In this document: piece by piece, positions 44,298 through 53,280 of the stretch | Layout: the number at the start of each line of letters is the position of its first letter | Numbering within the stretch: position 1 is the stretch's first letter | NCBI GenBank assembly: GCA_963733245.1 | Contig: CAVTCI010000018.1 | Coordinates: 19,512 to 83,511, forward strand | From: an uncultured Solirubrobacterales bacterium | GTDB lineage: Bacteria > Actinomycetota > Thermoleophilia > Solirubrobacterales > Solirubrobacteraceae | DNA: 64,000 nt | Direction of reading: 5' to 3' | Notes under the pieces: generated by a model | Seen by the model: the letters and a program-made list of their open reading frames with translations, nothing else | What the model was told of the DNA's origin: nothing | Databases searched by the model: none | Program-made: the position numbers and the translations under genes

Positions 44298-44312
44298 GGC
44301 CGAAGCGCCGGA

Positions 44313-44972
44313 TCAGGTCGGCTGGGGAACCAGCCGGATGTAGGGGAGCGGCTGCTCCCACCCGTCCGGGTAGGTCTCCTTCGCCTCCTCGTCGGAGACG
44401 GAGCCGAGGATGATCACCTTGTCGCCCGGCGTCCACTGCGCCGGCGTCGCGACCTTGTTGTTCGCCGTCAGCTGGAGCGAGTCGATGACCCGCAGAACCT
44501 CGTCGAAGTTCCGGCCGGTCGTCATCGGGTAGATGAGGATCAGCTTGATCTTCTTGTCCGGCCCGATCACGAAGACGTTGCGGACGGTGGCGTTGTCGGC
44601 CGGCGTCCGCGAGGTCGCTTCGCCCTCGGTCTCGGCGGGCAGCATGCCGTAGGCCTTGGCGACCGCGAAGTCCTTGTCGCCGATCAGCGGGTAGTTCGGG
44701 GCCGTCCCCTGGGAGCTCTCGATCTCCTGGGACCACCGGTCGTGGTTCTCGACCGGGTCGACCGACAGCCCGATGATCTTCACGCCGCGGCGAGCGAACT
44801 CCGGTTCGATGCTCGCCATGTAGCCGAGCTCGGTCGTGCAGACCGGCGTGAAGTTCCGCGGGTGCGAGAACAGGACGCCCCACGAGTCTCCGAGCCAGTC
44901 GTGGAAGTGGATCGTGCCCTCAGTGGTCTCCGCCTCGAAGTCCGGGGCGGTGTCGCCGAGTTTCAGAGCCAT
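44313..44972 (-). CDS. 1-Cys peroxiredoxin (Prx6 subfamily)
   Basis: Start at ATG 44972 preceded by AAGGAGA (MALKLGDTAPDFEAETTEG...). Active site FTPVCTTELG. Confidence 0.9.
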   Translation of the reverse strand: MALKLGDTAPDFEAETTEGTIHFHDWLGDSWGVLFSHPRNFTPVCTTELGYMASIEPEFARRGVKIIGLSVDPVENHDRWSQEIESSQGTAPNYPLIGDKDFAVAKAYGMLPAETEGEATSRTPADNATVRNVFVIGPDKKIKLILIYPMTTGRNFDEVLRVIDSLQLTANNKVATPAQWTPGDKVIILGSVSDEEAKETYPDGWEQPLPYIRLVPQPT

Positions 44973-45042
44973 GCAATTTCTCCTTTGGTCGAACGCGGTC
45001 TGTCCGACGGCCACTCAGCCTGGACAGAGTCTCCCAGACACT

Positions 45043-45074
45043 ATAGGCCGAGATCCGATCAGGTTTCGGCCTAT
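45043..45074. terminator. 9-bp inverted repeat downstream of ppdK and upstream of prx (terminator and/or operator)
   Basis: ataggccga (45043-51) pairs with tcggcctat (45066-74), with a 14-nt loop. It lies 20 nt past the ppdK stop and ~70 nt upstream of the prx start. Confidence 0.4.
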
Positions 45075-45093
45075 TCGGTAACGGGGCGTCGCC

Positions 45094-47757
45094 TCAGCCG
45101 CCGGCGGCCTCACGGGCCCGCGCCCGGATGGCCGCCTGGGCGGCCGCGACGATCGCCACCGGGACCCGGAACGGCGAGCATGAGACGTAGTCGATGCCGG
45201 CTCGCTCGAAGAAGTCGATCGAGTCGGGATCGCCCCCGTGCTCGCCGCAGATCCCGAGCTTGAGGCCTGGGTGGCCGGCGCGTCCGCGGTCGACCGCGAG
45301 CGCGATCAGCTGCCCGACGCCCGGTGTGTCGAGCGTCTCGAACGGCGAGACGTCGATGATCTTGCGCTCGACGTAGGTGCTGAGGAACTTGCTCTCGACG
45401 TCGTCCCGGGAGAAGCCGAGCGTCGTCTGGGTGAGGTCGTTGGTGCCGAAGGAGAAGAAGTCGGCCTCGACCGCGATCTTCTCGGCGATCAGGCACGCCC
45501 GGGGCAGCTCGATCATCGTCCCGACCGCGTAGTCGTCACCGCGGTGCATGCCGTGCTGGTCGCCGACCCGGACGACCAGGTCGCGCATCAGCTCGAGCTC
45601 CTTCTCGTAGTTCACCAGCGGGATCATGATCTCGAGGTGCGGCGCCTCGCCCGTCCGCTCGCGCACGGCCAGGGCCGCCTCCATGATCGCGTGGGCCTGC
45701 ATCTCGTAGATCTCGGGGAAGAGGACGCCGAGGCGGCAACCCCGGGTGCCGAGCATCGGGTTGACCTCCTCGAGGTAGACCACCCGTTCGAGCAGGCGCT
45801 CGAGCTCCTCGATCGCCGGCCCGTCCGCCCCGTCCTGGCGGGCCAGGTCGAGCTGATGCTGGACCTCGAAACGGTGGGGGAGGAACTCGTGGAGCGGCGG
45901 GTCGAGCAGGCGGATGGTCACCGGCAGCCCGGCCATCGCCTCGAACAGGCCTTCGAAGTCCTGGCGCTGGAGCGGCTGCAACTCGGCGAGCACGGCGCGG
46001 CGGGCCGCCTCGTCGCCGGCGAGGATCATCGCCCGCATCTTCGGCTGGCGGTCGGCGGCCATGAACATGTGCTCGGTCCGGCAGAGCCCGATCCCCTCGG
46101 CCCCGAACTCGCGCGACCGCCGCGCGTCCATCGGGGTGTCGGCGTTGGCCCGCACCCCGAGGCGGCGGAGCTTGTCGGCCCAGCCGAGGACGGTCACGAA
46201 GTGCTCGTTGAGCTCCGGCTCGATCAGCGGGACGTCGTCGAGGGTTATCTCGCCGGTCGTTCCGTCGATCGCGATCTGCTCGCCGCGTCCGATCACCCGG
46301 TCTCCGACCCGCAGCTCCTCGCGCTCGAGGTCGATCTCGAGCGCCTGGGCGCCGCAGACGCAGGGCCGGCCCATGCCGCGCGCGACCAGGGCGGCGTGCG
46401 AAGCCTTGCCGCCCTCGCTGGTGAGGATGCCGCGGGCGGCGTGGAAGCCGCCGACGTCCTCCGCCTCGGTGTAGGGGCGCACGAGGATCACGGCGCGGCC
46501 CGCCTCGGCCGCGGCGACCGCATCGGGTGCGGTGAAGACGATCCCGCCCTTGGCCGCCCCCGGCGACGCCGGAATGCCCCGGGCGAGCACGTCGATCTCG
46601 TGGGACGGGTCGAAGGTGGGGTGGAGGAGCGCGTCGAGCCGGGCGGCGTCGATCGTCGTGATCGCCGCCGGACGGTCGAGCAGGCCCTCCTCGACGGCAT
46701 CGACCGCGAAGCGCACCGCCGCCTGGGCCGGGCGCTTGGCGTTACGCGTCTGGAGCATGTACAGGTGCCCCTCCTCGATCGTGAACTCGACGTCCTGCAT
46801 GTCGCCGTAGTGGCGCTCGAGCGTGCGCAGGATCTCGATCAGCTCGGCGTGGGCCTCGGGCATGACGGTGGCGAGCTCGGCGATGTCGCGGGTGTTGCGC
46901 ACCCCCGAGACGACGTCCTCGCCCTGGGCGTTGGTCAGGAAGTCGCCTGACGGCTCCGGTGCGCCGGTGAGCTCGTCGCGGCTGAAGGCGACGCCCGAGC
47001 CGGACGTCTCGCCCTTGTTGCCGAAGGCCATCTGCTGGACGCTGACCGCCGTCCCCCAGTCGTCGGGGATGCCGTTGATCCGGCGGTAGGTCACGGCCCG
47101 GTCGCCGAGCCACGAGTCGAAGACGGCGCGGATCGCCTGCTCGAGCTGGCGGGTCGGATCCTCGGGGAAGTCCTCGCCCGTCCGCTCGCGGAAGAGCCCC
47201 TTGAAGCGGTCGGTCAGCATGCGCAGGGCGTCGACGTCGAGGTCGGTGTCCAGGCGGGCGCCCCGCTCGCGCTTCAAAGCGGTGATCTCCGCCTCGATCG
47301 CGCTCCCCGGCACCCCGCGGACGACGTTGGCGAACATCTGCACGAAGCGGCGGTAGGAGTCCCAGGCGAAGCGGTCGTTGCCCGTCGCCCGGGCCAGCCC
47401 CTCGACCGACGCGTCGTTCAACCCGAGGTTGAGGACCGTGTCGAGCATCCCGGGCATCGACTCCCGGGCTCCCGAGCGCACGGAGACGAGCAGCGGGTCC
47501 TCCGCGTCGCCCAACCGCTTGCCCGCCCGCTCCTCGAGGCGGGCGAGCCCGGCGGCGACCTCCCCGGCCAACCCGTCGGGCTCGCGGCGGCCGGCCGCCA
47601 TGTAGGCCACGCAGGCCTCGGTGGTGATCGTGAAGCCGGCCGGCACCCGCCCGGCTCCGAGGATGCGGGTCATCTCGGCGACGTTGGCGCCCTTGCCCCC
47701 CAGCAACTCGCGCATCTCGCGCGAGCCCTCGCTGAAGTCGTAGACGTACTTGGTCAC
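45094..47757 (-). CDS. ppdK: pyruvate, phosphate dikinase
   Basis: 887-aa ORF: MTKYVYDFSEGSREMRELLGGKGANVAEM, phospho-His region GGKASHAALVARGMG, C-terminal PEP-utiliser TIM barrel ...GICGEHGGDP. Confidence 0.95.
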   Translation of the reverse strand: MTKYVYDFSEGSREMRELLGGKGANVAEMTRILGAGRVPAGFTITTEACVAYMAAGRREPDGLAGEVAAGLARLEERAGKRLGDAEDPLLVSVRSGARESMPGMLDTVLNLGLNDASVEGLARATGNDRFAWDSYRRFVQMFANVVRGVPGSAIEAEITALKRERGARLDTDLDVDALRMLTDRFKGLFRERTGEDFPEDPTRQLEQAIRAVFDSWLGDRAVTYRRINGIPDDWGTAVSVQQMAFGNKGETSGSGVAFSRDELTGAPEPSGDFLTNAQGEDVVSGVRNTRDIAELATVMPEAHAELIEILRTLERHYGDMQDVEFTIEEGHLYMLQTRNAKRPAQAAVRFAVDAVEEGLLDRPAAITTIDAARLDALLHPTFDPSHEIDVLARGIPASPGAAKGGIVFTAPDAVAAAEAGRAVILVRPYTEAEDVGGFHAARGILTSEGGKASHAALVARGMGRPCVCGAQALEIDLEREELRVGDRVIGRGEQIAIDGTTGEITLDDVPLIEPELNEHFVTVLGWADKLRRLGVRANADTPMDARRSREFGAEGIGLCRTEHMFMAADRQPKMRAMILAGDEAARRAVLAELQPLQRQDFEGLFEAMAGLPVTIRLLDPPLHEFLPHRFEVQHQLDLARQDGADGPAIEELERLLERVVYLEEVNPMLGTRGCRLGVLFPEIYEMQAHAIMEAALAVRERTGEAPHLEIMIPLVNYEKELELMRDLVVRVGDQHGMHRGDDYAVGTMIELPRACLIAEKIAVEADFFSFGTNDLTQTTLGFSRDDVESKFLSTYVERKIIDVSPFETLDTPGVGQLIALAVDRGRAGHPGLKLGICGEHGGDPDSIDFFERAGIDYVSCSPFRVPVAIVAAAQAAIRARAREAAGG

Positions 47758-47767
47758 GACGCCCTCG

Positions 47768-48994
47768 TCAGGCCGCTACCGACGGGCCGCCGACCAGGCC
47801 TTCTTCGTGCAGCCGGGCGATCTCCTCCGGGCTGCGGCCGAGCACGTCGGCCAGGACCGCGTCGGTGTGCTCGCCGAGGAGCGGCGCGCGCCGCACCGGC
47901 AGCCGCGAGACGCCGCCGTAGCTGACCGGCGATCCCGGCATCAGGTAGGAGCCGATCCCCGGCTGCTCGACGATCTCGAACATCGGGTTCTCGGGCGAGC
48001 AGCGCGGATCCTCCTCGACCAGCTGGGTGAACGTCTGGTACGGGCCCCACGACACACCGTCGGCGTCGAAGATCGCCCCGATCTCCGCCATCGTCCGCGC
48101 CCGCACCCACGGCTTGAGCGCCGCCCCGATCAGGTCGCGGGCGGCGAAGCGACCGCCCTCCTTGGTGAGGTCGACGTCGAGCATCTTCTCGATCGCGGCC
48201 GCCGCCTCCTGGAGGTCGGTGGCCTTGACGAGGTTCTTCCACTGGCGCAGGGTGAGCGCGAGGATCATCACCCGCCGGTCGTCGCCGGTCAGGAAGTCGC
48301 GGCCGAAGGCGCCGTAGAGGAAGTTGCCGTCCTTGATCCGGTTGTTGTGGTTGATCTGGACCTCGGCGATCTTGCCGAGGTTGCCGACCATGGCGAAGGC
48401 GACGTCGGAGAGGGCGATCTTGATCAGCTGGCCCGCGCCCGTCCGGCGCCGGTGGCGCTCGGCGGCGAGCAGGGCGGTCGTGGCCAGCGTGCCCGTGACC
48501 GCGTCCCACGCCGGCAGGAGGTGGTTCATGGGGTAGGAGACGTTGCGCGGGCCGGTGGCCATCGGAAAGCCGCTCGCCGGGTTGACCGTGTAGTCGACGG
48601 CCGACGACCCGTCGGCGTTGCCGGTGATCACGACCATGATCAGGTCGGGCCGGTGCTCGGTCAGCCGGTCGTAGGACAGCCAGCCGCTCTCGGGGAAGTT
48701 GGTCAGGAAGAGGCCCCCGTCGTCCCCCGGGGCGCAGATCAGCTCGGTCAGGAGCTCGCGTCCGGCCGGCGAGCGCAGATCGGCGGCGAACGAGCGCTTG
48801 CCCTTGTTGAGCCCCGCCCAGAACAGGCTCTTGCCGTCCTCGGTAATCGGCCACCGGGTGTAGTCCAGGCCGCCGCTGAGCGGGTCGAAGCGGATCACGT
48901 CGGCCCCCATCTGGGCCAGGGTCATCCCGCCGAGGGGGGCGGCGACGAACGCCGACCCCTCGATCACACGCATGCCTTCGAGGATGCCGTTCAT
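47768..48994 (-). CDS. family III (CaiB/BaiF) CoA-transferase
   Basis: 408-aa ORF: LEGMRVIEGSAFVAAPLGGMTLAQMGADVIRFD..., GLNKGKRS, with the interlocked-dimer family III layout. Confidence 0.85.
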   Translation of the reverse strand: MNGILEGMRVIEGSAFVAAPLGGMTLAQMGADVIRFDPLSGGLDYTRWPITEDGKSLFWAGLNKGKRSFAADLRSPAGRELLTELICAPGDDGGLFLTNFPESGWLSYDRLTEHRPDLIMVVITGNADGSSAVDYTVNPASGFPMATGPRNVSYPMNHLLPAWDAVTGTLATTALLAAERHRRRTGAGQLIKIALSDVAFAMVGNLGKIAEVQINHNNRIKDGNFLYGAFGRDFLTGDDRRVMILALTLRQWKNLVKATDLQEAAAAIEKMLDVDLTKEGGRFAARDLIGAALKPWVRARTMAEIGAIFDADGVSWGPYQTFTQLVEEDPRCSPENPMFEIVEQPGIGSYLMPGSPVSYGGVSRLPVRRAPLLGEHTDAVLADVLGRSPEEIARLHEEGLVGGPSVAA

Positions 48995-49013
48995 CTGCCT
49001 CTCCTTGGAATCG

Positions 49014-50039
49014 TCATGCCATCACGGCCAGGAGCCGCCAGTCGAGGACCGGCTGGCCGCCGTCGCTCCCGTCGCGCTCGGCCGTCACCTGGGCCCTCAG
49101 ATCGACCAGCCCGACCCCGGGCGCATGCGCCAGCTCGTGCTTGTCCTCGATGGTCAGCACCGTGCTCAACCGGTCCTCCTCGAAGACCGGCGCCGTGTGG
49201 TTGCACTCGCGCCAGGCGGCGATCGTCACCACCTCGGGCAGCGCCCGGGTCAGTTGGGCCGCGGCGACCGAGATCGTGTGGCCGCCGTAGACGAGCCGCC
49301 GGCCGTGGGCGCCGGAGGTGGCGTCGACGTGGGTCTCCGCGACGTTGAGGGTCAGGCGGACGAGCTCCGGGGCGGCGGTCACCGTGTCGCGCCCTTCGAT
49401 CTCGTAGACCTGGCCGACCTCGAGCGCGGCGAAGCGGCTCCCGCCGGTCCGCGCGCGCAGCGCGTCGAAGCCCCAGCTCCCGGGGACGGCCGTGGCCACC
49501 CGGTCCATGTCGAGCTCGACCGGGATGTCGTCGAAGCGGTCGGCGTGGCCGGTCTGGATGCTCGCGTCGCGGAGCGGGATCATCGGGCAGCGCCAGAAGT
49601 CGAGCACCCGCTCGCCGGCCTGGTTCTCGGTGCGGATGCGCAGGGCGACCAGGCCGGTCGCCGACCCGTCGGCCCGCGGCCGGTTCTGGCGCAGGCCGAC
49701 GATCTCCGTGCGCGTTCGCAGGGTGTCGCCGATGAACACCGGGCGCAGGAGGACGAGCCCCCGGTAGAAGAGGTTCCCGCGGACCCGCTGGGTCGGCCCG
49801 GTCGACTGGCCGATGGCCACGTCGCAGACCAGGTTCGGATGGGCCAGGGTCTCCGCCCGCCCGGTCACCGCGGCCGAGAGGGTCGCGTCGAGGGGCAGCA
49901 GCATCCGGTCGCCGACCAGCGCTTGGTGGATCGCCGCGTGGCCGGCCGTGATGGTCAGTCCGGGGGCGTCGTAGACCTGGCCGACTTCGAAGTCCTCGAA
50001 GTACGGACCGCCCACCCTGATCGGCTCGGCTGAAGGCAT
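49014..50039 (-). CDS. MaoC-family (double hot-dog) acyl-CoA hydratase/dehydratase
   Basis: 341-aa ORF preceded by GAGGAG. YFEDFEVGQVY...LTITAGHAAIHQALVGD...GNLFYRGL... then a second hot-dog half ...FAALEVGQVYEIEG. Confidence 0.85.
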   Translation of the reverse strand: MPSAEPIRVGGPYFEDFEVGQVYDAPGLTITAGHAAIHQALVGDRMLLPLDATLSAAVTGRAETLAHPNLVCDVAIGQSTGPTQRVRGNLFYRGLVLLRPVFIGDTLRTRTEIVGLRQNRPRADGSATGLVALRIRTENQAGERVLDFWRCPMIPLRDASIQTGHADRFDDIPVELDMDRVATAVPGSWGFDALRARTGGSRFAALEVGQVYEIEGRDTVTAAPELVRLTLNVAETHVDATSGAHGRRLVYGGHTISVAAAQLTRALPEVVTIAAWRECNHTAPVFEEDRLSTVLTIEDKHELAHAPGVGLVDLRAQVTAERDGSDGGQPVLDWRLLAVMA

Positions 50040-50299
50040 CGCTTGGTCTCCTCATCCCCTCCGGCGGCGGTGCCAGCGATGCCCCGGGCGGGGCACGGGC
50101 GGGTCGCCCGCCGGCAGCGGGAGCGTATTAGAACTCGCCGGCGGGCGATCGGTGGGCCGGGCGCCGCCGGCCGGCCGCCCCGCGCCCCCGGCGGCGGTCC
50201 GGCCGGCGGGGGCAGCCGCCATCAAGGGGGGCGTGGCGTTCAACACCCTGTTCGGGCGCCCTTCCCGGCACCTTGACAGTCACCCGCCGGTACTGGAAC

Positions 50300-52405
50300 A
50301 TGGACCGCCGACCGACCGACGGGGAGCTTGAGGTGGGTGTGAAGGCGAGTCGAGCGCGGGTCACGGCCTGGTTGGTGTGCGCGATGGTGGTGACCGTGTC
50401 GGGAATCGCGCAGGCCGCCGCGGCGCCGGTCTCCGCCGGCCCGAAGCCGGCGGTAGCCGCGCTCGAGGATCCGTTCAACGCCCGCATCTCGGTGGCCGTC
50501 GCCGCCGACGGGCGCTTCTCGGCCGGCGCGTTTCCCAATCCGCTCACCGGGGGGCCGACCGCGTTCTCCTACCCCATCCTCTTCGGCTGGCCGACCACGA
50601 GCACGTCGTTCACCACGGTGATGGTCGACGGGGTCGCCGACGTGTACGGGTCGAGCGGAACCCAGGTCCAGGCGCCGACCGAAGCCGGCGCGACGAACAC
50701 GAGCGCCTGGTCCAACGGGGACGTCACGACTCGGCAGACGCTCTCGGTGGACACGAACCCGCTCACCGGCCTGGCGGACGCCGCGCGCATCGCCTACACC
50801 GTCACGAACGGCGGCGCCGTGTCCCGCTCCGTCGGCGTGCGCACGCTCCTCGACACTGACGTCGACAACAACGACGGGTCGCCGTTTCTCATACCCGGCC
50901 TCGGCCCGGTGACCACCGAGCAGGACTTCTCCGGCGCGGCGGTGCCCGACCACTTCCAGATCCTCCCGGCCCTCGGGGCCGGCACGCGCCTGGCCGGAGC
51001 CGCCCTCCGCGGCGCCGACGCGACGCCGCCCGACCGGCTCGTCATCGCCGACTGGCCGCGGATCGGAGCCACCGCCTGGGACTACGCGGTCACCCCCGGG
51101 CGTTCGATCACCACCGACAGCGCCTACGCGGCCTACTGGAACCCGCGCGACCTCGGACCGGGCGCATCGGTCACCTTCGTGACCTACTACGCCGCCATCA
51201 CGCCGCCGGAGGTCACCGGGCTCAACCCGCCGAGCGGCGCGGCGGGCGGGGGGACGGCGGTGACGGTCACGGGCACCGAGCTGAGCGGGGCCACGGCCGT
51301 CGCCTTCGGGTCGGTCCCGGCCGCGGGCTTCCGGGTCGACGGTCCCACCCAGATCACCGCGACGGCCCCGCCGGGCACGGGGACGGTGGCGGTGCGGGTC
51401 ACCACGCCGGAGGGAACGAGCGCGCCGAGCGACGCGGATCTCTTCACCTACGGGGCGCCGCCACCCGCCCCGACCCAGCCGACCTCCCAGACCCAGCCGG
51501 CCGAGGGGGTCACCAGCGACAGCGCGGAGCTCGTGGCGGCGATCAACCCGCGCGGGCTGGCGACGACCATGCACTTCGAGTACGGCGTCGATCCCGCCGG
51601 AGCGGCGGCGGCGGCTCTCAGCTACAGCTCGCGGACGCCCGATCAGCCGGTGGCCGGTGACTTCGCCGATCACTCGCTGACCGCGGTCGTGGCCAGCCTC
51701 CAGCCCAACAGCACCTATCACGTGCGCGCGGTCGCGGCGAACGCCCTGGGAGTGACGGCGGGGACGGACGTGACGTTCCGGACGGCGTCGGACGCGCCGC
51801 CGCCCCCGCCGATCCTCGGCAAGGCGTTCAACGCCCAGCCGGTCAGCGGCCGCGTCCTCGTCCTCCTGCCCGCCTCCGCCCGGAGCGGACAGGCGCGGGC
51901 GAGCGCGGTCAAGGGCGTCGGCTACATCCCCCTGACCGAGGCCCGCCAGCTGCCGGTCGGCACGATCTTCAACGCGGCGAGCGGGTCCGTCCGCCTGACC
52001 ACCGCGACGGCCACCCGCGGCCGCGTCCAGGCGGGCACCTTCGGGGGCGGGGTGTTCAAGCTGCTCCAGAGCCGCCGCGCTCGGGGGCTCTCGGAGCTCT
52101 CGCTGCAGAGCGGGGCCGGCGCGGCGAAGAAGTGCGCCGCGACGGCCGGCAAGGCCCAGACGGCGGCCAAGCGGGCGCTCCCCAAGACGGTGCTGAACCT
52201 CCTGCGCGCGAAGGGGACCGGGCACTTCCAGAGCCACGGCCGCTTCAGCTCGGCGACCGTCCGCGGGACCACGTGGACTACCACCGACCGCTGTGACGGG
52301 ACGCTGACCTCGGTCCAGCGCGGCGTCGTCGTGGTCACCGACCTCCGGCGCAAGCGCCAGGTCGTCGTCCGCGCCGGGCGCGCCTACCTGGCCCGCGCGC
52401 CCTGA
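50300..52405 (+). CDS. large secreted multidomain protein with IPT/TIG and Fn3-like domains
   Basis: Start at ATG 50300 (an internal GTG is possible). Signal peptide WLVCAMVVTVSGIAQAAAAP. IPT/TIG-like PEVTGLNPPSGAAGGGTAVTVTGTELSGATAVAFGSVPA...TGTVAVRVTTPEGTS. Fn3-like ...LQPNSTYHVRAVAANALG. The N- and C-terminal domains are unassigned. Confidence 0.7.
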   Translation: MDRRPTDGELEVGVKASRARVTAWLVCAMVVTVSGIAQAAAAPVSAGPKPAVAALEDPFNARISVAVAADGRFSAGAFPNPLTGGPTAFSYPILFGWPTTSTSFTTVMVDGVADVYGSSGTQVQAPTEAGATNTSAWSNGDVTTRQTLSVDTNPLTGLADAARIAYTVTNGGAVSRSVGVRTLLDTDVDNNDGSPFLIPGLGPVTTEQDFSGAAVPDHFQILPALGAGTRLAGAALRGADATPPDRLVIADWPRIGATAWDYAVTPGRSITTDSAYAAYWNPRDLGPGASVTFVTYYAAITPPEVTGLNPPSGAAGGGTAVTVTGTELSGATAVAFGSVPAAGFRVDGPTQITATAPPGTGTVAVRVTTPEGTSAPSDADLFTYGAPPPAPTQPTSQTQPAEGVTSDSAELVAAINPRGLATTMHFEYGVDPAGAAAAALSYSSRTPDQPVAGDFADHSLTAVVASLQPNSTYHVRAVAANALGVTAGTDVTFRTASDAPPPPPILGKAFNAQPVSGRVLVLLPASARSGQARASAVKGVGYIPLTEARQLPVGTIFNAASGSVRLTTATATRGRVQAGTFGGGVFKLLQSRRARGLSELSLQSGAGAAKKCAATAGKAQTAAKRALPKTVLNLLRAKGTGHFQSHGRFSSATVRGTTWTTTDRCDGTLTSVQRGVVVVTDLRRKRQVVVRAGRAYLARAP

Positions 52406-52418
52406 CGCGGCCGGTCGG

Positions 52419-53280
52419 TCAGCCCCCGGCGAGCGAGCGTGGGCGGGGCTGGCCGGCGGGCGGCGGGTCGTCGAGGAGCAGGCGGGGCACCGTGACCAAC
52501 TGGTAGTGGCGACGCCGCAGGAGGGTGATGATCCGCGGGAGGGCGGCGATCGTCTGGCGGCGGTCGCCCCCGCCGTCGTGGAAGAGGATCACCGCCCCGG
52601 GGCGGGCGCCGCTGACCGCGATGTAGACGATCCGCTTGACCCCGGGCCGGGTGAAGTCCTTGCTGTCGACCGTCCAGAGCACCATCAGCATCCGATCGGC
52701 ACGCAGCAGGGGCGCCGTGGCCGCGTCGAAGCCCCCGTACGGCGGCCGGAAGAGCCGCGGATAGGGCGCCCCCTGGCTCTGGATCGATTGTGCCCCGCGA
52801 ATGATCTCCGCCTGCTGGGCGGCGGAGGAGAGGGTGGTGAGGAGCGGATGGGTCTCGGTGTGGTCGCCGATCGGCAGCCCGGCGGCGAGGACGCGGCGCT
52901 CGATCCCCGGGTAGATGCGGGTCGCCCGGCCGATCTCGAAGAAGGTCGCCGGCGCCCGGGCGCGGCGCAGGACGGCGAGGACCGCGAGCGTCGCCGGGCC
53001 CGGCCCGTCGTCGAAGGTCAGGGCGATCTCGCGCCGCCGGGCCGAGCCGGTCGCCAGGTAGCCGGTCCGGGCGAGCGTCCGATCGACCGCGGCCGCCGCC
53101 GCCCCGCCACCCGGCCGGGCCGCGACCGGGGCGGCGCGGCGGCGCCGGCGCGGAGGCGCGGGCCGGCGGCCGGCGGCCGCCCCCGCCGGGCCCGGCGAGC
53201 AGGGCGACCGCGGCGGCGGCCAGGGCGAGCACGACCACGCCGGCCCGGAGCCGGCGCCGAGCGTGGTGATCGGGGCTCAC
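52419..53280 (-). pseudogene. polysaccharide deacetylase (NodB domain) with apparent frameshift between signal anchor and catalytic domain
   Basis: GTG 53280 overlaps the fbpC-like stop (GTGA) and opens VSPDHHARRRLRAGVVVLALAAAAVALLAG (signal anchor). The NodB domain (EIALTFDDGP, DHTETHP, RPPYG, ILFHDG) is in another frame that contains no ATG/GTG/TTG between 53276 and 52691. Confidence 0.6.

Larger units (their letters stand above)
42395..44312. mobile_element. possible remnant of an integrated island (two genes, atypical composition, flanked by the prx 3' end and its decayed duplicate)
   Basis: Hand counts of 60-nt samples at 42421, 42481, 42841 and 44041 gave 68, 60, 62 and 57% G+C, against 77% at 41401. 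A/T-ending codons are frequent. The flanking copies are a direct duplication. No recombinase is present. Confidence 0.3.

Noticed and set aside
50273-50296. TTGACA ... TACTGG resembling a sigma-70-type promoter upstream of the secreted protein gene.
   Set aside because: The spacing is only 12 nt, and the ATG at 50300 would follow the putative -10 by 3 nt. This is not a credible promoter geometry.
50240-52237. 665-aa minus-strand ORF opposite the secreted IPT/Fn3 protein.
   Set aside because: It is antisense to a gene with clear domain signatures. The translation is Arg/Gly/Pro-rich.
53277-53279. Stop-codon read-through fusing the fbpC-like ATPase to the in-frame NodB domain.
   Set aside because: The in-frame linker (APITTLGAGSGPAWSCSPW...) lacks the signal anchor that an exported deacetylase needs. 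A proper anchor exists in the GTG-initiated frame, so a frameshift explanation is simpler.
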